Assembly (NCBI RefSeq): GCF_001194135.2
Contig: NC_068982.1
Span: 7,172,793-7,227,550 of the forward strand
Length of the DNA stretch: 54,758 bases
Direction of reading: 5' to 3'
Origin: Octopus bimaculoides
Taxonomy: Eukaryota
The notes beneath the pieces are model-generated. The model was not told where the DNA came from and made no database searches. It worked only from the letters and a program-made list of their open reading frames with translations. Numbering within the stretch: the first letter of the stretch is position 1; each line of letters begins with the position of its first letter. A program made the translations under genes and the position numbers. Below, in pieces: positions 25,774-40,356 of the stretch.

Positions 25774-26173
25774 TTTTTTCCTTCTACTTGTTTCAGTTAT
25801 TGGACTGCAGCCATACTGGGGGACTATCTCGAAAAATGTTTAGTCAAATGAATCGACCCTAGTCCTTATTTAATATTTTTGTAAGCCTGATATTTATTCT
25901 ATCGGACCCTTTTGCCGAACTACTAATTTACGGTTACGTAAACACACCAACATCGGTTGTGGAATGATGCTAGGGGACAAACACAGACACAAACATATAC
26001 ATATATATACGACTGGATTCTTTCAGTTTCCGTCTTCCAAATCCACTCACAAGACTTTGGTCGGCTCGAGACTATAATAGAAGACACTTGCCCAAGGTGC
26101 CATGCAGTGGAACTGAACCGGGAAATATGTGGTTGGTAAACAAGCAACTTACCACATAGCCACTCCTAAACCT
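25774..26173 (-). mobile_element. SINE family A, older variant with short internal microsatellite
   Basis: Both halves align to 5100-5621; internal tract is only ~20 bp. Confidence 0.85.
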
Positions 26174-26303
26174 ATATCGTTAAAATTTAAATGCAAAAAA
26201 GTTTTTCTATTGCGTTTTTTTTTTTTAATTATTTGTATTTAAATCTTAACAACAAACTATGATACACATAAATTAACTATACATTCACAATTCTCCATCC
26301 TTA

Positions 26304-26360
26304 TTAATTTTACCTACATATATTAATTTTACCTACATATATTAATTTTACCTACATATA
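26304..26360 (+). repeat. 19-bp tandem repeat x3
   Basis: TTAATTTTACCTACATATA repeated three times. Confidence 0.9.
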
Positions 26361-26367
26361 TATAAAC

Positions 26368-26530
26368 TACGGGAATCAGTTTCTGGCTACGAGATCCACT
26401 CACAAGGTTTTTTGGTCGGCTCGTGGCTATAGTAGAAGACACATTAACCAAGGTGACCCACAGTGGCATGGAACCCAGAGTCATACGGCTGGAAAGCAAG
26501 CTTCTTAGCACACAGCCACGTCTGAACTTA
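26368..26530 (-). mobile_element. SINE family A, 5' half only, degenerate
   Basis: ATCCACTCACAAGG...GGCTATAGTAGAAGACAC...CACACAGCCAC. Confidence 0.75.
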
Positions 26531-26559
26531 TATGTTTGTACGTATGTAAGTTTATATGG

Positions 26560-27150
26560 ACTTTTCTTGGAGTGTAAGTTCAACTTCAGAGATTTCAAGC
26601 CAGTCGCTAACAAAACGACAAGACTTTTTGAGTTAAGAGAGTTCTCGACATTTGTAAAATTGTGATAGAGTTTTTGTGTTGGTTGGACTGTCGATGCATA
26701 CAACCAAGTATGTTCATATATTCACAAAAGAATCCCGGCTGGAGATTCTTTGGAATGTTTTGCAAATCTTCACTGTGCCATAAATGGATTAGATTTAGAG
26801 AACCTGCGTCAGTTACTTTTGGTCTTTTTTCGTGAAACCGAGTTTTTCTTGATATTTGTGCATATTCGTTGATGCGTAGCCTAATGCACCTATGATGATA
26901 GGTACGAATAAGAATTCAAAGTTAGGTACAAGAGTTGTAAGTTCCACATTATTTCACCACAAATGCTATATTTTTCCTAAACTTTTGATTGTACATTCAC
27001 ACCCGCTGAGTATTTGATCTCTTTAGCAGTGTATAACTTTTGCTCTCTGTCTGACAGAACAATATCAGGTCTGCCATGTTTGCACCGAACTGATGTATTT
27101 ATGGAGTCGTTCCGTCAGTATTCTTTGTTCTGCTGGTTTTGACATGACTT
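26560..27150 (-). mobile_element. 5'-truncated RLE-type non-LTR retrotransposon relic (R2 group; R4/HERO/NeSL-like)
   Basis: Minus-strand decayed translation KEY*RNDSINTSVRCKHGRPDIVLSDREQKLYTAKEIK...NLQLL / FVPIIIGALGYASTNMHKYQEKLGF...SIYGTVKICKTF, followed by ~190 bp 3' UTR. Not annotated by the ORF track because of stops. Confidence 0.75.
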
Positions 27151-27534
27151 TTATGTATGTATGCATATATGTATGTATGTATGCATGTATGTATGCATGC
27201 ATGTATGTATGCATGTATGTATGTATGTATGTATGCATGTATGTATGTACGTATGTATGTATGCATGTATGTATGCATGTATGTATGTATGCATGTATGT
27301 ATGTACGTATGTATGTACGTATGTACATATGTATGTATGTATGTACGTATGTATGTACGTATGTATATATGTAGGTATGTATGTACGTATGTATGTATGC
27401 ATGTATGTAAGTGTGTATGTATGCATGTACGTATGCATGTATGCATGTATGTACGTATGTACGTACGTATGTATGTATGTATGTATGTATGCATGTATTT
27501 ATGTATGTATGCATGTATGTATGAATGCATGTAT
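27151..27534 (+). repeat. Long degenerate (TATG)n microsatellite running into N-gap
   Basis: Directly visible. Confidence 0.95.
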
Positions 27535-28232
27535 NNNNNNNNNNNNNNNNNNNNNNNNNNNNNNNNNNNNNNNNNNNNNNNNNNNNNNNNNNNNNNNNNN
27601 NNNNNNNNNNNNNNNNNNNNNNNNNNNNNNNNNNNNNNNNNNNNNNNNNNNNNNNNNNNNNNNNNNNNNNNNNNNNNNNNNNNNNNNNNNNNNNNNNNNN
27701 NNNNNNNNNNNNNNNNNNNNNNNNNNNNNNNNNNNNNNNNNNNNNNNNNNNNNNNNNNNNNNNNNNNNNNNNNNNNNNNNNNNNNNNNNNNNNNNNNNNN
27801 NNNNNNNNNNNNNNNNNNNNNNNNNNNNNNNNNNNNNNNNNNNNNNNNNNNNNNNNNNNNNNNNNNNNNNNNNNNNNNNNNNNNNNNNNNNNNNNNNNNN
27901 NNNNNNNNNNNNNNNNNNNNNNNNNNNNNNNNNNNNNNNNNNNNNNNNNATACAGTGCCCAAACAATGCCATTCATGGAATATATGGAGACCAGAAGTTT
28001 CGGTTAATTGACTTTGTCCTTGTCATACAGAAATCCTCGAAGTTATTGCCTTTTAGACTTATTATTGGTATTTACAACCGGCGTTACTGAGTCCTTTCGA
28101 TTTCTGTATGTATAGGATCTTGTCAATTCCGGCGAATATGCATTAATGATGAGACAGAACAAGATGCAATATCGTCATCTAATTTTACAAGCCCACTAGT
28201 GGTGCGAACGTCAGCAATTGTGCAGAAAGAAT

Positions 28233-28268
<36 letters not shown>

Positions 28269-29606
28269 AAGAGAGAGAAAGAGAGAGAAAGATAGAGAGA
28301 GAATTAACGTAGCTTACTTTCTAATTACGGGGAAGGTGAAGAACAAGAGCCACCGATTCTGATCTTTACCTAATCAATACATTCATTAGTAGCGCGTTGT
28401 AACTAATTAAATTGCAAATACACCGCTTTCATGGTCAAATTATATATAAATTTACATGCCTAGGTTAAATAAACATATCTAAGACAAATTGATCCCGGAG
28501 TTAGTCGATCGAGATTCTTATCCAATGCTTAATTTATCGAGTTCGAAAGGATGAAAGACCAAGCAAATTTTGAATGAATTTGTATTCATGTGTAAAAATG
28601 TTGCAAATTACTGCAATAATAGCGTTCAAATTTGGCATGGGGGTCAAGCATTTCAGAAGGAATGGACTTCATCAAATTTCTCATAATCTTTAACCGTTAA
28701 TTCATTTAAGAATTATGAACGGTTTATACTTTATTTTGCGGACGTTGACGTGGTTTTAAATGAGAGCAAAATTACCGCAAGACATTCCGTGCAGCATTCT
28801 AATAGGACTGTCATTTAATGTCCGTCTCTCAAACAATTAGACATAGTAAATTTTAAAACAATTCACTTGTGGAAACCACTGATGGAAAGTGAATGATAAT
28901 TATCTTAAGAACCGTGCTACTAATTACAATTACTCATCATTGCCGAATGCAAAAGACAAGGACACAAGTAGAACATATAACAAATTCGCTTTATGTAAAT
29001 ATTAGATATAGTTATATACGACGATGGTGTCACTGGTCGAAGCTTCACAGTCACTCTCAATGATATTCTTGTTTAAGAATAATAAATTTGTACTCGACAA
29101 AAGTGCAGAGTAATCCATCTGATTAATGTAATCTTTTTCAATTAAAACTGAACATAAAGCAAATATATGTGCAGGTGTTTGTGTGTGTGTTTTGGATGTA
29201 TGTATCCATATGCATGTGTGAGTGGGTGTGTGTACGTATGTGTATCCATGTGTGTATGTAAAAAGAAAAGTTTTTAAAAAAAACATATAAATACGTTCTC
29301 ATCTGATAATTACGGTTTTTATAATGAGGTAATGTTCTCATTCTTCATCGAACGTTGCATTTTTATTCATTTGATTCCAATACACCATCCTAGACTATTA
29401 CACCAATAACGTACTACTTAAAGTAAAGCCTAACGTGGACAAGCCCTTTGTTTTCTGTGTACAAAACCGAAATATCCTACCCGATATCTCGACTCCAACC
29501 AACCATTAGCTGGAACCACAGACATAATAATTAACCCCACCTGGTGCATGCCGTTCAAGTACCTGACATTATCGGAATCCTCACCCTAATTCTGTGTGTG
29601 TGTGTG

Positions 29607-29655
<49 letters not shown>

Positions 29656-30489
29656 ATACATACATGCATGCATACTGCACTAAAACGCGACGGTTAAAAT
29701 CAATTTGCGTACATTTATACCCGATGTGATTGTGTACAGTCAAACGCCATTGGACGCCTATTGCAGTAATTACCTCAGAGTAGATATTCTTGTTATAACC
29801 TTTGTAAACGCGCATCACGCATGCTCTTAAGTTCCACAGTTAGCTGCGATATACGTAATTCCCTCGTATAATGTTAAAAAAATAAAACAGAGTAAACATC
29901 AATGCTAAACAATATTAAACCGTCCTGGAATTGAATGTGAACGACAACTATTAAGATTCTGCAGGTGTAGCTTTTCATTAATGCCGTAGAGTAGCCCCCC
30001 CCCCCCACATATATATATATGTAGTTACGGTATACTTTGTTAAGAACACAGGAGAGTATGATATAAATCTCGTCCACCTTCAGCTATCACATTGTGCTAT
30101 CCAGAAATAGTATTATGCGTACTTCCAGGTTTGCGTTTTGATTTATGTCGTGTATGAATAAATAACTGGAAAAAAATATGGATTCAACAAGAAGGAGTAC
30201 GGCTGGACATTTATTTTCAATTATTACAATTGTGTCTACGCAACGTAGTTCTCTAGATATGCAGGTATTTGATTATGCAACTGTTTCCTTGCATTATGAG
30301 GTCTAGATGTGTTTTGTCAGGCGATATGTCAATATTGACTCCGTAAGTTCAAATTCTCAACGCGCGCACGTACACACACATATATAAGTACTTCTCTTCT
30401 CAAAATAGTTGATCGTGTGCCCCAATTTGAAATCATTCCTGATATCATATCATTACATTAATGTGTTATACATTGATTTGAAACTTTAG

Positions 30490-30660
30490 CACAAGACCAG
30501 AAATTAACGGGGTTTCAGCGAATTCTATGACATCATTCGAATCCGAAGGATGAAAAGTAAAGTCAGCTTCTGCAGAATTTGAATAAAGAACCTAGAGACA
30601 GACCAAAATCCATAATGCATTTTCACAGATGTGCAAACGTATCTACCAGCTTGTCACGTT
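30490..30660 (-). mobile_element. Highly degenerate SINE family B-like copy
   Basis: CCGAAGGATGAAAAGTAAAGTCAGCTTCTGCAGAATTTGAA...CTACCAGCTTGTCAC. Confidence 0.55.
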
Positions 30661-31868
30661 ATATATTTTATATACTTAATGTGAATTTTATCAATACATT
30701 ACACACACACACAATCATTTTTAGTTGTCTGTATGTTTGTATCTCTAATATATATGTATTAATCAGGTAGTTTCATTTATATGAATATTCGTATAAGATT
30801 TTCTTGATTTCTTTAGATTTTAGAGGAAAACTTAAAAGGAAATTATTAACACGCCCATGTTTCGGTTTCAAAACGACTTTTATTTTCATTCTTTACAGCT
30901 TCGCACTTTCATTTATAAAATACACTCGTGCTTAAACGTCGATTTTCTAAATTGTACCGAGTTTATTATATTTAATAGTAACCTTCAATATTCAATGTAT
31001 TCTACAATAAATTAGTTAATATTTTGAATAGTATGACATTGGCTTTCATCTATTAATTTCCCTATCTCATGCATGAACATGACTTGCTAAATAGGCTATT
31101 GATAAATAGTTTTTCAAAGAATGTTATTCCATTCGTAAGACATTTGATATTAAAATATTTCTCAAGACGTTGCGATAAGTCTCATTTATTGAGGAAATTT
31201 ATGAGAATGAAAACAAGAAAGAGAAATTTAAACTGAAATAAAAAAAAAACAGATTCGAAATAAAAAAGAAAAATGAAATGCATATTATATTTTCTAATCG
31301 TTACTCTAAACATTTTTATAATTTAGGGTATGCACATTATATAATAAAATATATTTTATATTTTAACGTAAATACAATTTGTATTGGTATACACAATGTA
31401 TACTATGTACTCAATGTTAAATTTATAATCATGGCTTCTACTGTATCAATATAGAGCATCTTTCATAACTATTCTTTATCTGCTTTAAGAGGTTCTTTTC
31501 TTGTACAAACATTGCTTCACTGACAGATAGTTGGTTCTTGATATATAAAGAGCTGGGTGAAGAAGAATAGTGTAGAATCTCTCACAGATTACTTTTAATA
31601 AAATTTCGTTGATTGCTTTCAGAATCACTCCGAATATTGTCACGATTAAAAACATGCAATCGCTAAGTCTACCATTGTTATAAACAAAAAAGAATAACAT
31701 GACAGTAAAAGTTACATTTATAACAAAGCTTCTTACATCCTGTGTAAGCAATAAACAATCATTTCAAATTTTATCCAGCGGCATAAATACACCTTTCGTA
31801 CTTATCATTTATAGCTACATTCCAGCCATTGTCATCACACATCGCATATGTTCTTTATCTATCTTATG

Positions 31869-31908
<40 letters not shown>

Positions 31909-31953
31909 NNNNNNNNNNNNNNNNNNNNNNNNNNNNNNNNNNNNNNNNNNNNN

Positions 31954-32008
<55 letters not shown>

Positions 32009-32576
32009 ACACATATACTGGAAACGGTTCATGATTCAATAATGCGATCTCTTATCATACCATTTCTTGCTCGTATATAAAAACAATAACACAATAAACT
32101 GATATCATTTCATAAGTAAATGGACACACAACTGTATAAAGGAATATAGATAGCCACAAGATTGATTTGCATTAAGTTGCGCGCGGTATATATCTTTCGA
32201 AGCTCTTACTTGTACACATACGGTTACCTCCCTAGCTTTTACTTGAACTACTAAACCGCCCACGCTAATCCACTTATCTGACTACATTCATATTGCCTCT
32301 TTCCATGAGCTCACAGCTCTCCGGTCTCTCTTATTTTCATCAGTCTATTGTGTCAATGTCAGGCGCCCAAATTAAGCACTACTATTCACCCCCTTCCCTC
32401 CGAATTTCAGGCCACTCAAATATTATCCCTGCACCGGTTTTTTTTTCTGAAGCTGACCACTTGACACGCAGCTAATCCTCAACATTAACTAAATCACTCC
32501 CCACCCACACTTTGCAAATTCCTACAGAATCACTGAGCATAGAAAGGCCTCTGTATCTTTATTCTATATCATATAT

Positions 32577-32801
32577 GGTTTTGAAATGTTGGAACGAGGC
32601 CAGCTATTTTTGGCAAGGGGCTAGATTGGTTACAGCGCTCCCAGCCCCACCCCTATCAATGACCTACTTATTTTATCAACCCTGAAAGGGAGGAGAGGCA
32701 AAGTCAGCCTCAGCCAAATTTGTTCTCAGTACGATAAGATGGACGAAATGTCGCTAAGCATTTTGCCCAGTATGCTAACGATTCTGGCAGCAAGCCACCT
32801 T
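32577..32801 (-). mobile_element. SINE family B, degenerate
   Basis: GGCAAAGTCAGCCTC...CTAAGCATTTTGCCC...CTAACGATTCTGGCAGC. Confidence 0.75.
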
Positions 32802-33137
32802 TTTGTTCAATATCATATGTTAGAATATCAAAATGCGGAGACAAAAATGTCCAAGGAATATAGTCTTACAACATTCGAATTCCGAGTGATCTATAATTAA
32901 TTAGAAGCGTGCGCCTGTGATTTTCACATCTCATAACCCTGCTTACGCAATCGATGAACGTATATCTGACTGTCAGAGAAATGCGATTGTACCTATGTAA
33001 TCGATATACTGTCCTCTTTATTGATAAGGAAAATCCCTAAAGCTAGCCTTGTGCAACACAAGCTGCGGGAGTCGTAGCACAGCTGGAATTAATCTATTAC
33101 GTAGAGAACAAAATTACAAAACAACGGGTTTCTTTCT

Positions 33138-33362
33138 TATTTCTTTACTGCCCACAAGGGGCTAAACATGGAGGGGACACACAAGGACAGACAAAGGGAT
33201 TAAGTCGATTACATCGACTCCAGTGCGTAACTGGTACTTATTTAATCGACCCCGAAAGGCAAAGTCGACCTGGGCGGAATTTGAACTCAGGACGTAACGG
33301 CAGGCGAAATACCGCTAAGCATTTCGCCCGGCGTGCTAACGTTTCTGCCAGCTCGCCGCCTT
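33138..33362 (-). mobile_element. SINE family B, young copy with LINE-like TGTCCCCTC..TTTAGCCCC..GTGGGC tail
   Basis: Well-preserved head and GTCGATGTAATCGAC hairpin; tail matches 43175-43216 and 13293-13335. Confidence 0.9.
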
Positions 33363-34697
33363 CATCGGGTTTCTTTCTACTGCCTCTCTTATCTTGCGCG
33401 CAGCTACCCTTCACTGTTTTGCTCTCTTTCTAATACCGATTTGGCTGGGAAAAACCCTACAACCAACCTCGGCTGGGAAAAGCCATCACTGCAAATCCTT
33501 CTCCTTGCCATCCTGGAGAAGGCTTTCATACTTAGTACGCTTTTATTCGTCGGCTTGATCACACCCTTCTTCCAACAGGATCGTAAAGTCGATCAAAAGT
33601 ATTCTCCTGACCGTTTCAGACCACAAAACTACAGCCTCAGGGTTATATGGACGACCTGGGGAACTGCAGTCTTTCCCCCAGGTTCACGTCCTTCATACCT
33701 CATCACCGGGCCTCATATATTAGACTATTATTTGTCCTTCTTGCCCTCCTTACTATTTATTTAAATATAATCTTTCTTGTATTTTTGTAATATTTTTCAT
33801 AAATAAAAAGAGCATAGTATTCCAAATTAAATCCGCATATAAATATCATATGGGATATACATACATCCCCAAAGCTCAAAGTAACCCGCCTCAATTCCAT
33901 GTGCGTCAATTCCATGTGCCCTATCATAAGAAATATTCCAATAAAACTAAATATAAACGAATCAACTTTTACGTCTTAAAATGCAAAGGAATATGAATTG
34001 CTATGGAGTCAGATTCCAGAAAGAAAAGAGAAACAGACGCGCTCTTGCCGATGGTTCTGTTTTACTTATCAGTTTCAAATACTTATTTCATAATTTTATT
34101 GCCAAGTTTCTATATAATTCTTTATGATAACTACTTTTACATAGTATATCCCTCGTTCCTGTCAGTGGAATTTGCTAATTCGCATCAGGAGTTGCTTCAA
34201 CTGTCATCATATTTCCATTGTTAAAAACAGAGAATTTATACATCAGAATACGAAAATTGCGAATAACAAATGACAACCACTTGCCCCGATGAAGTGTTTG
34301 TAGAGCTGGATTTTATTCAGCTCAGAAACTAAATTGATATAAAACTTATATATTATATCGCGAAGGACATCGACTACTACATATCAAAAAGGTGATTGCA
34401 AAATGCATATATAAAAGTGATGTTTTGAATGTTTATTCATCAAACGATCAAGGGAAATTAGGAATTCAAAGTGGTTTGGTTTGTCGACGCAATGGCAACA
34501 TAATATTCCCGTGAATTCTATGAGAAAATTGCAATGAAATTTCGAATTCTGCCTTCAGTTTCCACATTTAGAAATATATTACACCAAACATATTTAATGA
34601 GCCGCCAGGAAAAAGGCCTTGTTAATAAGAATTTTATCATAAATTTGACTCTACTTTCAGTATTGAATACTCTATAAATAAGCGATCTATTGTTAAC

Positions 34698-34777
<80 letters not shown>

Positions 34778-35997
34778 TGTTTGTGTGTGTGTTTATGTGC
34801 ATATGTCTATATGATACAAAAGCATGCGAACTTGTGTTTACGATTTAGTTACAACCCGAGTCTCGATAATGATTTTAATTTCCTGGACTAACATCAACAA
34901 ATTCGTGTTAATTTGTTTAGTACTAGGTGAACTTCAGGCGATTTATTATTATATAGAAACATTTCCTTAGGCTGACTTTGAACTCTTCTCATAATAACTA
35001 ATCTCAGGAACTTGAATTTTTAAGGTAATTTCTTTAATATTGTAGAAAATTGATAATATGCCAAAAGGAAATATTGCTTGAACAACTAGTGATTTCAATC
35101 TCGAATAGCATAGCCTTATCAGTCAAAATATTTCTGCTGAATATCAATTTTTACTTAATGAAGCTCATTAAAAAATTATATTTTAGACCTTTGGGCATTA
35201 GTATCAATATCCATTATTGCGTATTCCAAGGAATATGTATGTAAAGAAGAGAAAGAATTTTTACAATTATTATATATCTGATTTACATTTAGTCATATTT
35301 ATGTTAATCAGGAGCGTTTATGTCCTCTTACTAGATATCGCTACTACCATATTGGTTGATTGTTTTGTATTAGTTGCTTTTGAGCATACCTAATGCAAAT
35401 AGTTAATCGTGATCAATTGAGGTGCGATCGCAACAGAAATTTTGCCTGTTACATCCTACCCACGGATCGTAGAGGAAAAAGATTGCAGTGGGGTTTCGTA
35501 TCGATATATTGTGATATTTCAGATTTCTTCATTTTATCATCACTTTCCAATTTCGTAATTCAATATGGTTCAAAGGATTATTTTCTTCTAGGGCCAATGT
35601 CTTTGAAACAAAAGAACCTGTTCTGTATAGCAGAAGAAAATCGATTAGCTAACCATAATATTTGAATATGTCATTTAACTGCAAATTCTCTCCCTAATTT
35701 GATTAGCCTGATATCACACTAAAAGGTTATTGCAGATAACCCTAACCCTAAAATCGTTGCAATATCACATAAATCCTAATGTTGTCTAAACAGTTTTACA
35801 AATTAATCATTCCCTCAGATGTTTTGTATTCTAGCAGAAAAAAGAAAAACGTAGGGTAAGCATCTCGAAGCAAGCCAACAAGATATGCTTACGCTGTAAA
35901 AGGATTAAATCTAAACAGTAATATAATTTACCACTGCATTACGCAATATTGAAAGCCATACTTTGGATACAATCACAGAAAATATAAAGCAACAAGT

Positions 35998-36217
35998 ATT
36001 CTTTTCTACTCAAGGCACAAGGCCCGAAATTTGTGGGGAAGGGGAGGCCAATCGATGAGAACAACCCCAGTATGCAACTAGTACTTAATTTATCGACTCC
36101 GAAAGGATGAATGGCAAAGTCGACCCCGGCGGAATTTCAGCTCAGAACGTAAAGACAAGCGAAATACCGCTAAGCATTTCGCCCGGTGTGCTAACGTTTC
36201 GGCCAGCTTGCTGCCTT
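35998..36217 (-). mobile_element. SINE family B with GGGCCTTGTGCCTTGAGTAGAAAAG tail
   Basis: Aligns to the 19741-19951 type. Confidence 0.85.
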
Positions 36218-37270
36218 ATAAAGCAAGAAATATTAAAATCGATACAATAAATAGACACTGACAGTAATTTGAAAAGAGACAGATTTGAGGGTGCGGCCTA
36301 GGTATATTAATGTTGTGCATTGGACAAGAGAGATCTTCACTGGTAGTGAAACAAAAAAGCTGAGTGGTGGACATTATTTTAGGTGGGGGGTTGTGCAATA
36401 CGTTTTTCTGGAAATATGCAGCATTTGAGTTGTCTTACTTAGGAAAGAGACGAAAATTATATACCATAAATGGAGGATACTTTAGTGATCTCTGTTTATG
36501 CAGCAAATGAATATTTGAGGTGTGGTATCTAAGTTCCGGTTGGATTATAGAAGGTTGAAGAATGTCGAGGACACATGAGGTCCAGTCTCATTTACGTGAT
36601 AGTGGGTATTATTAGATGTAGCTTTCACACAAATACTCGTGTCCTACTCGTCACTGATCCTCTTATTCACCTTGTTCAACCAAACCTCACATGGTCCTTC
36701 ATTAATTATAACACGCTGATCGTCCTTCCTAAGCAGCTATCAGTATTTGCCTTCATGGTGTCTTTTAGACAGGTGTTGGCTTACAAATCTTCAAGAGAAA
36801 TATTTATAGAACTATTTCACGCTTGCAAAGGTTGTGAACAATGTCCTTCTCCGAAACCAAACACACACACATATATACTGTGATAAAATTTGAAATCTTG
36901 AACCATATTCGCAGACTAAACTTATTTTCAAAAACCGGGAGAAAAGTGGTATACAAAGTGGAGTAATTGGATCGAAAGGTTTCTCGACAATTCGATCCGA
37001 CACCTGGAGTCAGAGCGAGAAACTTCAAAGATATGATAACTACTATCTTACTCTGTTTCTCCGGTTCCAGACCAGCCGGCATCTTTATTTCACTTTCTTT
37101 GTGTACCAATTACACCTCAGTAATTTTCCTTTCTGGAAAAGCAACTTTTGATCGTTTCCTTTGAAAATGAAACGCACTTGAATACACACACACATACACA
37201 CGCACACACATAGACACTCAATAAAATTTTGTGTCTATACAACTTCTCTTTCATATCTTTCATAAACTTT

Positions 37271-37480
37271 ATGTATATATATATATACATACATACATAA
37301 ATTCAAACATATATGCATACATACATACATACATACATACGTACGTACGTGCGTACGTACGTACATACATACATACATACATACATACATACATACATAC
37401 GTACGTACGTGCGTACGTACATACATACATACATACATACATACATACGTACGTACATACATACATACATACACACGTAA
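37271..37480 (+). repeat. (CATA)n with a repeated CGTACGTACGTGCGTACGTAC variant block
   Basis: Directly visible; the variant block occurs twice, 60 bp apart. Confidence 0.9.
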
Positions 37481-37924
37481 GCGTGATATATACGATGCAA
37501 TTTTAAAGAAATTTTAGTTTAACACCGTAGACTTGAATAATTAAATTCATTACTAACAGTAGAGGAAAACTTGAAAAAATATTAATTTGGGCCGGGAATT
37601 AAGGATTTGAGGGTTAGATTAAAGTATGCTTAAATGCATCGTAAAAGGAGACTTGGAATCCCACATAAAATTTGATTTATATATATATACATACAATTTC
37701 CTAGCTCCTACAAGCATATGAAACATGTTTAATGGTGAATGAGTAGCAACAATTTTCTAATCTCTCGTTTTGATAAAACATTACTCTGCAAAATTATTTC
37801 CAAGTTTTTTTCAACTTTTATGCACTCCTCACACAAATATAACATTTACATTCGAATTTCGAATACTGAAATACACAACTTGAATTTTAACCCAATCTCC
37901 ATTTGATATATATATATATAATTG

Positions 37925-38345
37925 TTATTATTAAAACAAAACAAAAAGTGGAATAAGAACGTAACACGAGACAATAAGACATTGAGACAGTTAGACGATA
38001 CAAAAAAAGGACAAGAAAAAACAAGGACGGGTCATTCGGAGCTTTCAATCTTCGGTCGAGTACCAGATCGTCCTAACAGTTTCGGTCGGTTACTCTTGAG
38101 ATTCTATGGATGAAAGCAAGCAAATGTATACGAAAACAAGGACGGGAAAAAAACGGATAAATGGTACACAATTACAAATATAACACAGGACATAAACAGC
38201 TGGTGTCTTTCGACTAAGAACAAATTAAATTAGGCTAGCGTGTATGGAAGTGAAGCCTTACGCCTGGGACATAGAAGATGAAAATCATGGGAAGGAATAT
38301 AAGAGATGCTAAACGGACGGTAGTTGAATCAAGAAAGAAAGGTCA
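37925..38345 (-). repeat. Probable interspersed repeat (PLE-like), truncated by SINE A
   Basis: A-rich block with minus-strand CTCAAGAGTAACCGACCGAAACTG motif; family identity is recollection only. Confidence 0.3.
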
Positions 38346-38348
38346 GAT

Positions 38349-38608
38349 ATTCTTTTATTCTTTTACTTGTTTCAGTCATTTGATTGCGGCCATGCTGGTG
38401 CACCGCCTTTAGTCGAGCAAATCGACCCCAGGACTTATTCTTTGTAATCCTAGTACTTATTCTATCGGTCTCTTTTGCTGAAGCGCTACATTACGGGGAC
38501 GTAAACACACTAGCATTCGTTATCAAGAGATTTTGTGAGGAGGGACAAACACAGACGCACAAAACACAAACACATACACACTTACCCATACACATATATA
38601 TGTATATC
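38349..38608 (-). mobile_element. SINE family A, 3' half running into N-gap
   Basis: TCTTTTACTTGTTTCAGTCATTTGA...GTCGAGCAAATCGACCCCAGG... matches the other copies. Confidence 0.9.
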
Positions 38609-40323
38609 NNNNNNNNNNNNNNNNNNNNNNNNNNNNNNNNNNNNNNNNNNNNNNNNNNNNNNNNNNNNNNNNNNNNNNNNNNNNNNNNNNNNNNNNNNNN
38701 NNNNNNNNNNNNNNNNNNNNNNNNNNNNNNNNNNNNNNNNNNNNNNNNNNNNNNNNNNNNNNNNNNNNNNNNNNNNNNNNNNNNNNNNNNNNNNNNNNNN
38801 NNNNNNNNNNNNNNNNNNNNNNNNNNNNNNNNNNNNNNNNNNNNNNNNNNNNNNNNNNNNNNNNNNNNNNNNNNNNNNNNNNNNNNNNNNNNNNNNNNNN
38901 NNNNNNNNNNNNNNNNNNNNNNNNNNNNNNNNNNNNNNNNNNNNNNNNNNNNNNNNNNNNNNNNNNNNNNNNNNNNNNNNNNNNNNNNNNNNNNNNNNNN
39001 NNNNNNNNNNNNNNNNNNNNNNNNNNNNNNNNNNNNNNNNNNNNNNNNNNNNNNNNNNNNNNNNNNNNNNNNNNNNNNNNNNNNNNNNNNNNNNNNNNNN
39101 NNNNNNNNNNNNNNNNNNNNNNNNNNNNNNNNNNNNNNNNNNNNNNNNNNNNNNNNNNNNNNNNNNNNNNNNNNNNNNNNNNNNNNNNNNNNNNNNNNNN
39201 NNNNNNNNNNNNNNNNNNNNNNNNNNNNNNNNNNNNNNNNNNNNNNNNNNNNNNNNNNNNNNNNNNNNNNNNNNNNNNNNNNNNNNNNNNNNNNNNNNNN
39301 NNNNNNNNNNNNNNNNNNNNNNNNNNNNNTATATATACGTACATACATATGTTTGTGCGTGCGTGCGTGTGCGTGCGTGTGCGTGTGTGTGCGAATTTGT
39401 GTTGTCTGTGTGTATGTATATATAACAGTTTCTCCTGTTACCAATGATTTAAGACAGTTTTACTCGTCCACGTGTAAGCGATGCTCTGTGCAAGTGTTGG
39501 CGTCCTTGAATTACCAACAATACTCAAGAACCGATCACCATTAACGAATGCGTCACACAAGTGCCTTGTACACATGTCAGCGCTCACATTATTCATATTC
39601 TTTTACAATTTAATTTGAAGATCACGTGCATCCATCCACCACATACAGTGCGAATTTATATATACCATGGAGACATTTGTGTTTTCTTACCTAGAAACAC
39701 ACACACACCCAAGATGTGCACACGCATACAAATATATATGTAAATATATATACAGATATGTTTATATATACATATATATATATATAAATATATATCTATA
39801 TATATATATATGTGTGCATTATACATGTATATGTGTATATATATATATATNNNNNNNNNNNNNNNNNNNNNNNNNNNNNNNNNNNNNNNNNNNNNNNNNN
39901 NNNNNNNNNNNNNNNNNNNNNNNNNNNNNNNNNNNNNNNNNNNNNNNNNNNNNNNNNNNNNNNNNNNNNNNNNNNNNNNNNNNNNNNNNNNNNNNNNNNN
40001 NNNNNNNNNNNNNNNNNNNNNNNNNNNNNNNNNNNNNNNNNNNNNNNNNNNNNNNNNNNNNNNNNNNNNNNNNNNNNNNNNNNNNNNNNNNNNNNNNNNN
40101 NNNNNNNNNNNNNNNNNNNNNNNNNNNNNNNNNNNNNNNNNNNNNNNNNNNNNNNNNNNNNNNNNNNNNNNNNNNNNNNNNNNNNNNNNNNNNNNNNNNN
40201 NNNNNNNNNNNNNNNNNNNNNNNNNNNNNNNNNNNNNNNNNNNNNNNNNNNNNNNNNNNNNNNNNNNNNNNNNNNNNNNNNNNNNNNNNNNNNNNNNNNN
40301 NNNNNNNNNNNNNNNNNNNATAT

Positions 40324-40356
<33 letters not shown>

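Noticed and set aside
26304-26360. CRISPR-like array
   Set aside because: Direct tandem repeats without spacers in a eukaryotic context.
20526-28206. CTCF-like words CCACTAGGTGGAC (20526-20540, -) and CCACTAGTGGGC (~28192-28204, -)
   Set aside because: Each has a core mismatch and there is no supporting context; expected by chance.
33333-33764. 143-aa ORF, and a YMDDL motif in another frame
   Set aside because: The ORF starts in a SINE head. RT motifs around YMDD are not in the expected order and stops intervene. It may be an unidentified repeat, but I cannot support a call.
35735-35755. AACCCTAACCCTAA as an interstitial telomere or Helentron marker
   Set aside because: Only two units and no supporting termini.
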